The notes under the pieces are model-generated. The model saw only the letters and a program-made list of their open reading frames with translations. It was not told the origin of the DNA and ran no database searches. A DNA stretch of 64,000 nt, taken from the NCBI RefSeq assembly GCF_006345805.1, contig NC_043018.1:3162001-3226000 (forward strand). The letters run 5' to 3'. The position numbers and the translations under genes are program-made. Source of the DNA: Octopus sinensis (lineage: Eukaryota). Below, in pieces: positions 39,375-52,900 of the stretch (its first letter is position 1; each line of letters opens with the position of its first letter).

Positions 39375-41580
39375 TTTATTTCATTATATTGGCCATAAAG
39401 GCCTTACATAGAGAAAGGAAGCTGCGGGCTGGACACGGACAAAAATTTTATATGAAATGAAAAATGGAAATGATGGTTAATGGGGAAAAAAGCGACGCCC
39501 GTCGATCGTTCTTTCCCGAGAATATTGATCTCTTATATTATTCATGAAGTAACGAACCTCTTACGTTGTTCAGAATTCAAAACCAAAATGAGGCACTAAG
39601 ACTCTTACCTTTTTTTCAAACTAGGAACTTTCAATAACCCTGAGGCTTTTCAACCTCTTATCCATATTCCTCCCCAACATCGCTGGTGACCTCATCCTCC
39701 GCCATCACCCAAGCCTCATTCAAGCACAAAGCGGGTGCCGTGTCGGCGTCGCCCGGCCACAAGTGATATTCTTCATTGAGTCCCTCCAGCCTACTCAACA
39801 CGGGCAACGTTATGACCTCCACAGCTATCTTTGGAGGCCATTCGGGATCAAGTGTGCAGGCTAAAGGTATTCCCTTATGGTGCTTTTCCAACACCTTCTC
39901 CACCTCTCTGCCTCTGTAGAAGAAGGCCAAAAATTCGTTTTCAAGCGGGGACGAGGTAGTCACTTCTACCGTCGGCGGCACAATTCCCACCGACAGTGTC
40001 TCTTCCCCTGCCGGTGGCACAACCTCCACCGATGAGGTTCCGTGACATTCTGGTACTATGTCACCGACTGCCGGCAATGTCCCGTTTCTCTTCCTCTTCC
40101 TCTTTTTTCTTCTCACCTGAGCGATGGTGCGTCTCCTCTGTGAACGGGAAATTCGCCTCCCCTCCCTCATCCCTAGGATCCTTCGGTGAGCACTCATTGT
40201 TGCCCACCTTCTTCGTCTTGCAGCCCTTCTTTGAGGAGCCCCACCGCCTCCTCGGCCCCCCTTCGTTCCCTCTTCTACAGCGCTCTCAACCAACTACTCC
40301 AGGACTTTAGTTTGTTCCTGGGGACAGTTTTTCTTCATATGTCCAGGCTCCAGGCACTGATGACAACTTGGGAGTGCCCTCAAAAGTCACCAGGTACCTG
40401 CACGCGGCCATTTCCAAAAAGTTTGGAAATACCAGATTTTTGGCTGATTGGGTCCACAGGGTCAAAGGCGGTTTTGACCCGGTGGTCAGGTAAAAAAAAA
40501 GCCGCAGGAAAAATTTTCACACTGAGGAGTAGGCTCAGCTGCCACCCAGACCCCGGCAAATAGTGCCCTCTATCCACTCGAGTTCTATCCGGGTGGAAAA
40601 CCACAGACCCAAGCCCCCGTCAACTTCCTCCCACAATACGTAGGAAGAAACAAAATCTCTCTGCTCTCCAAGGGATCGTTCGCAAATTTGCAAGCCTCCT
40701 CAGGGGTGTCAAATAACAACCACACCGTTGCATATTTGACCCCCCTCCCCTTGATATGAATTTAATAGTTGGCAGATACTCTGCCAACTCCCTTTCGATA
40801 ACATTCTTTTCAAATAGGGCGATGTTGTCGAGCGACTTGGAGTATGTCCTCAACACCACCGTCCTCTTTTCATAGTCTTTGAACCACTGTTTGGGTGGGA
40901 CAATTTCCCACTCCAAAACATTGTCCTGGTTCTTTGCCATGATTTTTTAAAAATAAAATGTCCAACAAGAGTTCACGATAAAATTCAAAGAAAGAAGGAA
41001 GAAAAGAAAGAAGGAAGAAAAGAAAGAAGGAAAAAGCAAGTTTCAACAAAAAGGAAAGAAGAAAAAAGAAAACAGTTCAATAAAAACAAAGTCGCAAAAA
41101 GATAGAACAAAAGAAAGCAAAAGTTCAAAAAACACATCAAAAATGTTCTGACCACTTGGTAATCCAGGCCTGTTTGGTACACCAATTTGAACCTGGAATG
41201 CCACAACTTGGAACACAGCTTTCACAAAAATTGGTAAAAGTTGTTGTGTCTTCTCACAAAAATTCTCACAAAAAAGCACTATTCATTGAACGTGAACGAC
41301 GTTTGGAAGCGGAATACGCCCCAAAACAATAATTATCACAATTAAGTGAGAAAAAAACTATTCACTTAACTGCAGGCAGACCAGAGTCCAGAATCCAGTG
41401 AGGACTTTTTGTTTGTAAAAAAAAAATTACGGCAAACAACAAACTCCCACTGAACCCCAAAAATAAAAGTCTTAACTTACAGTCAAGCTTCTTTTACAAT
41501 CAATTCTTCGTCCGCTGCGCACCAGTATGATCACTTCAATCAGTAGTACGAAGGAACAACACTGACAACACGCATGCGCA
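39375..41580 (-). mobile_element. ORF1-only L1/Tx1-like non-LTR element (HAL1-like), 2.2 kb
   Basis: 5' end TGCGCATGCG, ~640-bp T/C-rich 5' UTR, decayed ORF1, no ORF2 motifs seen, AATAAA at the extreme 3' end (39375-80), degenerate ~13-bp TSD (10/13 match). Confidence 0.7.
39658..40940 (-). pseudogene. Frameshifted gag-like ORF1 (RRM-like region plus CCHC zinc knuckle)
   Basis: VKYATVWLLFDTPEEACKF...PTYCGRK (RRM-like) and CHQCLEPGHMKKNC (C-x2-C-x4-H-x4-C, 40324-40365), then a basic/acidic low-complexity tail. Confidence 0.8.
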
Positions 41581-41617
41581 GGAAGCAAGCTCCTTACCAC
41601 ACAGTCACACCTCTGCC
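41581..41617 (-). mobile_element. 5' head of the split long-family SINE
   Basis: Minus strand GGCAGAGGTGTGACTGTGTGGTAAGGAGCTTGCTTCC matches the SINE head and stops abruptly at the insertion. Confidence 0.75.
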
Positions 41618-42713
41618 TATATCAGTTATTCAAAGAATGGACATTAGGTCTGTAGGCATATGCCTACAAGAGCAGGTTGAATTCTGTAAATAGGTTCATC
41701 CATTGCAAAATCCACCAGGTGTAATTAAACTATGCAGTAGAATGGCGCTTCTTACTCAACAAAAAATAAACTAGTTAAGGTCACCCGAAATAATTTTGTC
41801 TAGCGCCAAATCGAACACCATAAAACCACTGCAATGTCTACCAAAATTAACTTGTAAAGAATTATGTCCAGAACTTAATAACAGTGACAGATCATCCAAA
41901 GAAATTTCGTAAGTATTTGGTCGAGCAAATTTCTTTTAGAAAGCTTTTACAAAGCTTGTACATTGCTGTAATGTACTAAGCATTCTAATTCCGAAGCGAA
42001 TTCTAGTAAGGATCGAGACATACTTAGAAAATTTAAATAACGTGTGATGATGTTCACAACGCTGCAGCAGAAGAGTCCATATTTGGAGGCTCGATCAAGC
42101 CTACTGAATTTCCGATTGGTTTCTGTCTACCACATTGCCATGTGAAATTTAGGAAGCAGAATATGTACGGAAACACGGAAACACATCTTGCAGGAAATAC
42201 TTGTAACCATCAGAGCTTATGGTAGAAAACATTTGCTCGAGGTACCACGTACGCAGAATCTAATCAGCAAATGCAAGAGTGCGTAGCGCAGACAGTCATA
42301 TCTAGAAAAATAAATAACTAGTTACGGATTATGTATTCCAAAGTAGAACAGAGAGTTATTATTCCGATGGGTTTCCGTACACTCTCCATCTACTAAATAT
42401 TCTATAAACAACTTCAACATGGCGGTTTGCTCCGTTACATCTAGCATGCAAATCTTCCTCAAATAGCACCATAACATGTATAAAAGTCTACGATGTAACA
42501 CACTTGATAATGAAGTTCTCGGCACGTTGTATAGTTAAAATATGTAACGGTCATGGCTGGAAGCCTTCTGATTACACATTTAATCAATAATCGATGTCTT
42601 AAATAACATCAAAACATCATCTACAGGGATCTGGGGATGATGCGATACTAGGATAGAAAATACTTTTCCAACGGTTATATTTTGTGTCTGTATTAAACCT
42701 TGTTTATCACACA

Positions 42714-43098
42714 CTAGCAGTATCACCCGGCGTTGCTCGGGTTTGTAAGGGAAATAACTATAAAGCATTTTTAGAGAGTTATAGCCAAAAAATAGCAAAA
42801 AAATGGAAAAAAAATTATGGTAAATTTTTTTTTGAGAGTTAAAAAGGTTGAGTTGCGTCCCCTAGACAGTCTGTGGTTTGTGTTTCTGATTCTCAACCCC
42901 ATGTCGAATTTATCGATTTTTTTCAGAACTGGGGGAACTTTTCAAAATTTTCGCTGCGTTAGTTTTGGATTATGACATTGGGCTATGTGTGTATCAAGTT
43001 TCATCAGAATCGGTTGAAAGCCGTGGTCAGGGTAAGGGTACAACTTAACAGACACACAGACACACACAGAGACAAACTGCCGTTTATATAGAGAGAGA
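42714..43098 (-). mobile_element. Non-autonomous Helitron, complete
   Basis: Minus strand A|TC start (43098), subterminal CCCG...CGGG hairpin, CTAG|T end (42714); AT insertion site. Confidence 0.85.
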
Positions 43099-45128
43099 TA
43101 CATGGTAGCTGTCGAATCGATGACGAATTTGATCATCGCTGACAAATTATCTCATTGTACACGTTAAAGACAATTGCTATCAGCAATGCCCATATTAGAA
43201 TTCAAAGTCAGTAGCAACTTGTACAACGCCAATAAGATTCTCACCTACAAAGACAAACAAGGCAGAAACAACTAAGCGCAAGATCTCCATCTTCGCAAAG
43301 AGGCGTTTGTTATTTCGGAATTTCACTTTCCTACAGAGATGACAAGATCTGCAGTCTGTCACTCCCAGCGGTTGGATGGTCGTTGACTCATCTGAGTTCA
43401 TCTTTCCTTTGATGGGTTTTTTCTTTCACCCTGCAGTGTTCAACGTACTCCACACTCCTTACCCAGCAGACTTGGTAGGAGTGCCGGTTTAGGCGCCAAT
43501 GGCCCGACCAATTGAGAGGCGTTACTGGGTTATATGTTATCAATAGCACAAAGACAGACCTGATATATACATTCCTACATACAAACAAACAAACATACAA
43601 GTATACATACATATGTTCGTATATACATACATTCTTATTGGAGCAACAGGATACATACCAACCTGTCAAGAGCAGAATATGGCTAAACTTAGGATCTTGT
43701 GGAAATAATACATATCCTTAATTCATTTACTACAAATGAACACGGTACCTGGGACTATAAAAATCTGCAAAACCGACTTGAGATTTAAATGATAACGGTT
43801 AATATATACTTACCCCAACAACCTTGCTATCAAGTAGGTGGTCGATCAAAGTAGACTCGAAAACTAAAAAGAGGAAAATAGCATATATTCGTAAGTATGC
43901 ATGAATGCATATAAGCATGCATCCATGCATGCATATATGTATGTATGTATGTGTGTGTGTATGTATGTATGTATGTATGTATGTATGTATGTATGTATGT
44001 ATGTATGCATGTATGTATGCATGCATGTATGTATGTATGTATGTATGTATGTATGTATGTATGTATGTATGTATGTATGCATGTATGTATGCATGCATGT
44101 ATGTATGTTTGTATTTATGTATGTATGTATGTATGGTCTCTTTTATTTTCAATTATTCGAAATGTCCCTGAAAGGAGGTGGCTGGTTTGCAACAAAGGTA
44201 CAAAGCGTCTAATGTATATAACTAAAGCAAATTCACGTTTTGAACTTGAGATAACTCTTGCTGTCCTGCTTACAGATTGTCATGTAGGAGTTTGCTGGTT
44301 GATTGTCTTATTTGAAAATCCTGACTTCTCCAGATCTTGATTTGTGCATTTACTCTCAACGCCATATGCATAAATTATTATTGGTTTAAATGTGAATATA
44401 TAAACTTGTTATAGAGACTGGAGACATTGATGCAGTTGTCGTCTTTCTATATTAGTGTTCCAAAAGATATTCACATCAGCAGTACACCTGACTCCTATGA
44501 CGGTGAGATGTATAGCTAGATACAAATATCTGGCCTGTTATGAGTATAGTTGGTAGAACTTTTCATGGAAATTTTCCAGGAATATTCTTTCTGTTGATGT
44601 TTCTGTATGCATTCAATAACAATTCAGTTCTATATATTTATCCAATGACAGTTTTTCCTTTCGATAAAATCCTATATTATTTTAGCGGTAACATATTATC
44701 GCATTTAGACGTAGAACCCGAGCGTCATGAGTCATGAGAGGTAGTATGCATGAATGTATATTTATAAATATACATTTGTGCTGTTTTTGTATATATGCGT
44801 ATGCTGAAGAGGTGACTAAAAAATATTTAATCAATTGTGGATCGTTTAAAACAACAAGAATATATGTTTGTGTCTGCATATGTGTGTGTATGAATGTATG
44901 TGTATACTAGTAGACATACTCACACTTATACAAATTCACACGTGCACACATAGATATATGTGCATGCTCCATATGTGGTGTGTATATATGCATACGCACG
45001 AAAAGTCCCTGTATATGTTATATATATATATATATTCATATGCGTTTATATGTCGATATATATATATGCGTATCTGTATGCATTCTTGTTGCTTTTTTCT
45101 CGTATATATATATATATTATATATATAT

Positions 45129-45203
<75 letters not shown>

Positions 45204-48200
45204 CATATACATATATATATAAATACATGCATATGAAACATTTTTTCCAATCATCAACAATTGATTAAATATTTTGTTGTGTTGTCTTTCTTAGCAGCAG
45301 GTGGGAATTATATAACCAAAACGAAATTAGATAATATAAAGTAACCGTATAACTTATTCATTATTCTATTGTGAAATATTAATATGTAATTCTATATTTG
45401 TATCTTTTCAACTGCCGCAGGGTTTATTTTATTAGAAAATGCATATCTGTATGTTGTTGTCATTTACTATGATTATTAATATACTTTTAGTAGTCTGCGC
45501 TTTCTTTGTGTAACTCTACGCAGCTCATTGTATCTTGGCTATGAAATTCGTCTCTCTTTTGTGTTTTCTATTGTAGTCGAAGTATTTAACATGCGGCCAT
45601 TGTCTAGTAGACTACTTTTCTTATTTTTTTTTACCGCTTGGAAATATTAGTGCCAGTCGTGCATTGTATTTTATTGGTAAAGCCACAATTACGAAATGCC
45701 TCGTTATAATAATGGAAAACATTGACAAAGAGCGTCATCTGAAGGAAACAAGAATACATGCTTTGCAATGTTAGAGAAAAATGTTTTTAGCCGGTTTTTC
45801 TAATCCCTGTTTATATAACGCAGCTTTTCATCAAGATTTTGTTATGTTTAGAAGTTATTCTTGTCTATATTTAAAACAAGCTCAAGAAAATTAACAAAGC
45901 CAAACTTCGTTTCAACTGGAATTTTTAAGCACATTTCTATCAGTGACTTTATGTAGGTTTCTTTTTTATTAAACTACCTGGCGCGAAGCATCCATATTAA
46001 GCAAGCCTATAAACCCATCATCTCAAAGTATGTCTCCTATTCAAGAGATAGAAATCAGTTATTCGAAATTCTAAAAGTAAGTTCGCATAATTTAGCCCAT
46101 GGAATTGCAAAAAAATTGTCTCTAATTTTTTAAAAATGCAGTTTATTATAGTCTATTTCAGACACAGAATATTGACTGCGCATTATAACTTGTAAATACG
46201 CGTAATATGTTTCTATTTATAACAATGCTGGTACCTAATAGTTGAAAGATGTCTCCGGTTTGAATTCAACACAGAACTTAAAAAGACGTTACGAAACACC
46301 CGGTAGAATGACGTTTTCTGCCCCTTCGTCGATTCTGGCAATTTACTGGCCTTTCAGCTTACATTTTGCTAAAAGTATAACTGCAAAATAATATCAGTAT
46401 ACCTTTCCTTGGCCCTTCAAATCTGTGACAGATTATGAAGCGCATCGTTAAGGCATACGGCATGCCTTTGACAATTTTACGCACAACAAACACGTAAGTC
46501 TCCATATTTGACTCGATCAATCCCAGAAACAAAACAAAACAAAAAAAAAACGAATCAGCCCAAGAAAAGAAGTGGCATTTTATTTATCAACCCCGAAAGG
46601 ACAAAAAGTAAAGCTGACGTACATAAGAATCGAACTCAGAGTGAAGTGAAGCAGAACGATTGTTGCAAAGATATTTCCCCGACGCCGACGCCGCAGCTGC
46701 TCTGCCAGTTGGACGCCTTCAATTCCAATGTCTTGTGAGGATAAGTGAGTTGCCGGAAAATGAGGTTTGGCAACAGACAATTAACCTGCTGAACGTCTGA
46801 AGTAGTTAATTAACCTTCTTTATTAAAAAAGATAATTAACCTAGTTCATGTGATTTCCTCGAACGTTTGAAAAGTAATCAAGAGTAACTTCCCGTTAGCT
46901 GATTGGGAAATAACAAATCTGCTTATCAGACGGAATTAGTCATGCGTGTCACGTTCTAACCAGGAATATACAACCTTTCGGATGGATAGTAACGAAAGTA
47001 GTTTTTTTAACAATTTATAGTTGAAAGAAAGAACGAGGGAAAGAATAAATGAGTGGGGAAATAACTGATTAATAATGTTTAAATGAACCTTGTTGGGCTT
47101 TTAAGAATTTTAATAAATGGGCATTCCTAACTTAGCGGAATAATTCAAACTAACGGGACCTTTAGAATATCGACCTTTTCTAAAATATTATGAGGCAATG
47201 TATAATATACGCATTCATAGCATTGGGTGATTTTATTCAGCGATTACGTCTTCGACTTTGTTCCATACGTTAGGAGTTTGGAAAGAAGAGACTCTCAAAA
47301 TTGATTAATTATTTGAAGCGTGTGTATGAATTTTTTATGTCTAGAATATTCTAAATTCATATGTCAAATACTACACAATATCTAACACTTAGTACGTGAT
47401 TCTAACGTCATTACTTCGTCTGGTTCATTGAAATTTATGTAATAAATACACTTTATTTTCTTAAATTTCTCAATGGGTAATATTTATTAGACGCTAAAAT
47501 TAATTTGATACACAAAGATTTGCAAACTCCATAGCATTATCCACATTAATATTTAGTTTTGATTCCTTAAATAACTTTATGCAATTTTTATGTGATCTTA
47601 TCAAGTATAAACCATTCAAATCAGATGCATTTATCTCTCGTCATCTCCATATAAACTGCACCGGATATTATTGAATTTATTTGTGTAATAAATATAGTGT
47701 GTAAAGATGTACGACCCCATACTTCACAACTGAATCTCAATTAACTATCGCCAAATGTAAATAATTGAAAGTATTATTTAAATTGTTTTTATCTTCGATG
47801 AATAATGAAGATAGAATCATGATCAATGGTTGTTATACAGAATCCAAACAAAAGCAGATTTCTTGTTTTTTTACAAAGATATAGTGACCAAACATTAAAA
47901 TGCAATATCTTCAACACCTGTTTTGACTTCATATATTTTTAGCTGCTTTGAATCCAAAACTTTATTGAAATATTTCAATTTTATAAACTGATTATAGATG
48001 AACAACATATAGCCCTGTACAATTCAGGTCCAGTCAATCAAAACAATTACTTTTGTTTCCACAAGTTTAACATTTTGTTCATCTTCAGCATAATTATAAC
48101 ATCACCTGCGTAATTTCTATCATCGCTTGAGGATAAGCAAGTAAATGTTTGTACGTATACGCACACACACATACGCATGCGCGCGTGCACGCAAGCGCAC

Positions 48201-48541
48201 ACAGACAAACATACATGTTTGGTTTCATGTTCGGTTATATCAAATACAATTTTACATCATTTCATTCAGAATTATTATACACGTTTGTACAACACAAATT
48301 TATTATTCTTTAACAAGAATAATACTGACAGTGACTTCGAAATTACAGCCGCCTAAGCCGTCATCGGATTGCATATATGCGTATATATGTATATATATAT
48401 ATATACAAAAAATAGTAAAGAGTGAAAAAACGACAGAAGGCTTAAATGTTAAAAAATATATATATTTGCGTCAATATGTCTGAAGAATATTAGAAAATTA
48501 AAAAAAAATTTTTTTTTTTCCTTATAATGACATAATTTTTA

Positions 48542-48580
48542 AAGAAAGACCGGTTTCGCATTTAGCTTTTCAAATTTCTT
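48542..48580 (-). ncRNA. Hammerhead relic in the PLE 3' region
   Basis: AAGAAA-t-TTGAAAA-GCtaaatGC-GAAACCGGTC|TTTCTT; palindromic helix III ACCGGT; core has two substitutions. Confidence 0.45.
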
Positions 48581-48714
48581 GTGACGTTATGTTTATGTTG
48601 AATAGAGTTATCCTTATGTTTATGCTCCGGAGAGTTCTAAATAAGGGAAGGTAGTGGGTGATTTCTTCCGGTGTAAGGGAGATAATCGCTTAAAAAATTT
48701 TTTTCCCTTTTCCC

Positions 48715-50233
48715 TTAATGTGAATTTCTCTGTATCAGTATGTTCGGATGGTTGAGTCTGGGCTTGTACTTTTCAATGAAGAATGTTTCCTTGTTTAGTC
48801 TAATTTGTGTTGATGATCCGAAAGCACATTGGTAAAATGGAAGGATTAAAAATTGTGGTAGTAGTTGTTTTACGCATTTCTCAATGTGCTCACTAAAAGG
48901 TATCATTCTATATTCTGGGAATGCAATCTGTTGTCGATGCAGTGTGCATCTACGTCTGAGTGATAGTCCCGTGGAACCCACGTAGTCTTGGTGGCAGCCC
49001 GAGCATTTTATGACATAAATAATGTTTTCAGAGGCACAAGTAAAGTTAGATTTGATCTTGAATTTCTGTCCCTCTTTAAAGAGGAATTCTGATCCTTCTA
49101 GCAGGTTAGGACATGTTGCACAGTTCGATCTACCACATTTTTTTTACTTTTGCATCCGTAATTTCAGAAGACAATTTTGCCTTTGTGAGAATCTTTTTAA
49201 GTGATTTAGGCTGTTTGTAGCTTTTAATGATTTGGTGTATGTTTAGAATTTCCTTTAATTTGGGGTTTTTATGAAGTATTGCTAAATTCTGGGTGATGAT
49301 GGTGAAGGCTTCTTTGTTTCTAGGGTTGTATGTAGATATGTAAGGTAGTATTTTCGGGGAAGGTGTGTTGTTGTGTTGAACTTTTCTTAAAGTTTCTATG
49401 TTGATTTCTGTTGCACGTCTGATCCCATCCTCTATGAATTGAGCTGGGTAATGTCTGTCAATTAGGGTGTTTTTGAGTTCTTGCAGTCTAAAGTTCCTGG
49501 TATTTTGTTCTGACACTATTGTGCATATCCTTCTTGCAAGGTTGAAGGGGATGTTTGTTTTAGTGTGTCTTGGGTGGCATGAATTAAAAAGAAGGTATTG
49601 TTTGGCGTCTGTGGCTTTGTAGAAAATGTCTGTTTCTATTTTAAGGTTAATTTTTTTAATTAGTATATCCAAGAACGGGAGCTCCTTTTGGTTGTATTCC
49701 ATTGTGAACTGTATATTTGGGTTTATGCTGTTCAATAGGTTTTTAAATTTTAGGAGTTTATCTGTGTTTTCATTCCAGAGAATAAAACAATCGTCTAAGA
49801 ATCGTTTCCAGTTCTCTTTTATGTATTGAGAGAGGGGGTTTCCAAAGATTGATAAAGATTCCTGGTAAATGATTATTTCCATGTATCCCATTGTTAAGTT
49901 CGCAATGACTGGTGCTGCCCTTGTACCCATAGCAATTCCGGATTTTTAACGGTAAAATGTATTGTCAAACATGAAGTGGTTATTGTGTAGGATGAATTCA
50001 ATTGATTTAGTAATGAATTCTTTACTGATCCTTTTTGGTATTTCTTCCGGAAATTGGTCTAGCCAGAACTGTATTGCCTCCAGTCCATAATTATGAGGTA
50101 TACTGGTATACAAGTTGACTACATCAAATGAAACCAGGATTGTTTCTTCCTTGGGTTTTTTTGGAAGGTGGTTTAACATATCTAAGTCATCTCTGATATG
50201 GCTATCGATATGTTTAAGGAAGGGTTTCAATGT
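48715..50233 (-). pseudogene. PLE RT-GIY-YIG polyprotein, two lesions
   Basis: In-frame TAA at 49946-48 (FYR*KSGIAMG) and a +1 in an A8 run near 49140; otherwise open to the stop at 48715. Confidence 0.9.
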
Positions 50234-50273
50234 ATATATATGTATATATATATACATATACATATATATGTAC

Positions 50274-50304
<31 letters not shown>

Positions 50305-50312
50305 CATACATA

Positions 50313-50362
<50 letters not shown>

Positions 50363-51032
50363 CATATATACATATACAAATATAAGTATATATACATATA
50401 TATACATATAAACATATACAAATATAAGTATATATACATATATATACATATATACATATACAAATATAAGTATATATACATATATATACATATAAACATA
50501 TACAAATATAAGTATATATACATATATATACATATATACATATACAAATACATGTATATATACATATTTATATAAACACATACGCGCACGCACACACGCA
50601 CACACACACACATGTATATCGTACATAAATTCCTCTTACCATTTTTCTGCCAACACCAGTGAGACAGTCTTGACGATATTTTGCATATAGGTGAAACTAA
50701 CATCAAGTTAAAATATAGGCTAATTGGATTTCAAAAAAAAAAATCTATAGTGGGGGACATGGGGGAGTTTGGTTAATATTTGATAAAATGAAAAGGGCGC
50801 AAATAGGCACGAGGGAGATGTGGCGGCATAGTGAGTGTAGCATATATGTATATATGTGTGTGCATGTGTGTATGTATATATGTATGTATATATATATATA
50901 TCTTACGGAGATGTACTTGCATAGCGAGTGACTTGATCTGAGATCGTGTGCTGGAACGAAAACAATTGCAGCGTGGAAGGTGTTTATAAGCCATTTAAGA
51001 AACACACAAAACCGTTAGATTCACTTCAACAT

Positions 51033-51790
51033 CAGGAACACATTCTTCCAGCATAGGAATTTTCCTAAGCAATCCTGGTACAAGGATACTTTGGGAAAGA
51101 GGCTATTGATAGATTATGTTACGTCTCTGACATATTTGATTCTGTGCTGGACAGGGACAGAGATATCAACTAATCCCTACGTCGTTTTCTGAAGCCTTAG
51201 ACTCTCAACAGCAGAGAAAAACACAAAGGTGCTACGTCCATTCCGACTTACAGGGTAAAAGAGGACGCCTTAGTAGATACTGGAAATAAAAGCAGGCATG
51301 CAGACGGCAGACGACACTATTGCATCTAAATCCTGAAACATTTCGAAGCAAAAGAAGGATGTCGAAAGGGAATGAAGAATATTCTGTTCGTCAGTTCCTT
51401 CTTTGAAATTTCTGTTGGTGGAAGTGGTTCCCGTGGTGCCAGGCGACGGAAGATCCCCTGGTTTAATCAAGAAGTTAGAAGTGCCATCCAAACGAAGAAA
51501 GGAGGTTACAAAAAATTGGCTTAGGAAGAAGAGTCCTCTTTTTGCTCAGGCAGTACACTGAGGCGCGAAAGCCTGCGGCAAAGAAAGTAAAAACGTCCAC
51601 GCTAAAGTCATGGGATGACTTTGAGTCAAAGTTAACAGTGCGTTTAGATTTGCCAATTAAGTATTCTGGCAGGCCATCCACCATAAAACGAAGCTCTCTT
51701 TCAGACATGACATGAAGAACTCGGCTGAGATTCTCGCAGAGAAGGAAACATCTCTGGGAGGTGGAGAGAATACTTTGATGATCTGCTAAA
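51033..51790 (+). pseudogene. RTE-like LINE ORF2 fragment (APE C-terminus plus linker)
   Basis: NTFFQHRNFPKQSWYKDTLGKRLLIDY and IPWFNQEVRSAIQTKKGGYKNW...YTEARK...KSWDDF relics. Confidence 0.75.
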
Positions 51791-51945
51791 CCAAATCAAG
51801 ATGCAATCTTCTAGTAAACAAAAGGTGCATAGAGGAATGAAGCCAAACTTCACACAGGCTGTAGTCGTAGCGGTGATCCACTCGAACGCTCCTCGTCGTC
51901 GCGAGGAAGGGCCAGTGTGCTTGAGTATATATGTATATATATATC

Positions 51946-52173
51946 TATTTCTTTATTACCCACAAGGGGCTAAACAGAGAGGGGACAAACAAGGACAGAC
52001 ATAGGTATTAAGTCGATTACATCGACCCCAGTGGGTAACTGGTACTTAATTTCGACCCCGAAAGGATGAAAGGCAAAGTCGACCTCGGCGGGATTTGAAC
52101 TCACAACGTAACGGCAGCCGAAATACCGCTAAGCATTTCACCCGACGTGCTAACGATTCTGCCAGCTCGCCGC
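51946..52173 (-). mobile_element. Short-family SINE
   Basis: Reverse complement of the 31118 copy. Confidence 0.9.
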
Positions 52174-52198
52174 TGGCGATATATATGTATATATATCG

Positions 52199-52531
52199 TG
52201 GCACTCGGAGCAGCCTGCTCATAAAATTAACGTGCAAGTGGCTGAGCACTCCACAGATACGTGTACCCTTAACATAGTTCTCGGGTAGATTCAGCGTAAC
52301 ACAAAGTGTGACAAGGCTGGTCCCTTGGAACACAGGTACAACAGAAACAGGAAGAAAGAGTGAGTGAAAGTTGTGGTGAAAGAGTACAGCAGGGTTTGCC
52401 ACCACCCTCTGCCGGAGCAACGTGGAGCTTTTAAGTGTTTTCGCTCAATAAACGCTCACAACTCCCAGTCCGGGAATCGAAACCGCCATCCCATGATCGC
52501 GAGTCCGCTAACGACCGGGACATTGCGCCTC
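52199..52531 (-). mobile_element. tRNA-derived SINE with GAGGCGCAA head and a different 3' body
   Basis: Head matches the 3780 copy; body CAGCCTGCTC(G/A)T(G/A)AAATTAAC also occurs at ~22440-22540 and ~29940-30040. Confidence 0.75.
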
Positions 52532-52561
52532 CACGTATATATATAAATATATTATATATAT

Positions 52562-52593
<32 letters not shown>

Positions 52594-52867
52594 ATATATA
52601 TATATATATTATATATATATATATATAATATAAGTTGTCCAGCAAAAATTCAGATTCAAATGAATATGGTACTTAAGTTAGATGCACCAGAATTTTGATA
52701 TGAAAATTATGTATTAATGAATGGAAAACTTCTATTATGGCTGATGATTGTTCAACATTTTAAAACTGTTGTAATACAACATTTAATAAAATGATGTTGC
52801 GTGAAACGATCGTACCAAATTACCGAAGTTATTCTTGTTGCTTATTTTGATCATATATATATAATAT

Positions 52868-52900
<33 letters not shown>

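Larger units (their letters stand above)
48500..50233 (-). mobile_element. 5'-truncated Penelope-like retroelement (Neptune-like, Cys-rich linker)
   Basis: RT motifs [35 protein letters not shown]; linker CGRSNCATC...C; GIY-YIG IIYVIKCSGCHQDYVGST; 5' junction is a TA/TACA microsatellite. The left boundary is approximate. Confidence 0.92.

Noticed and set aside
43200-43470. Apparent splice signals or recursive splice site (TTTGTAG|GTGAGA) and a small exon GENLIGVVQVATDFEF
   Set aside because: The segment lies in or at the edge of a diverged copy of the 16485 repeat, with no independent support for an exon.
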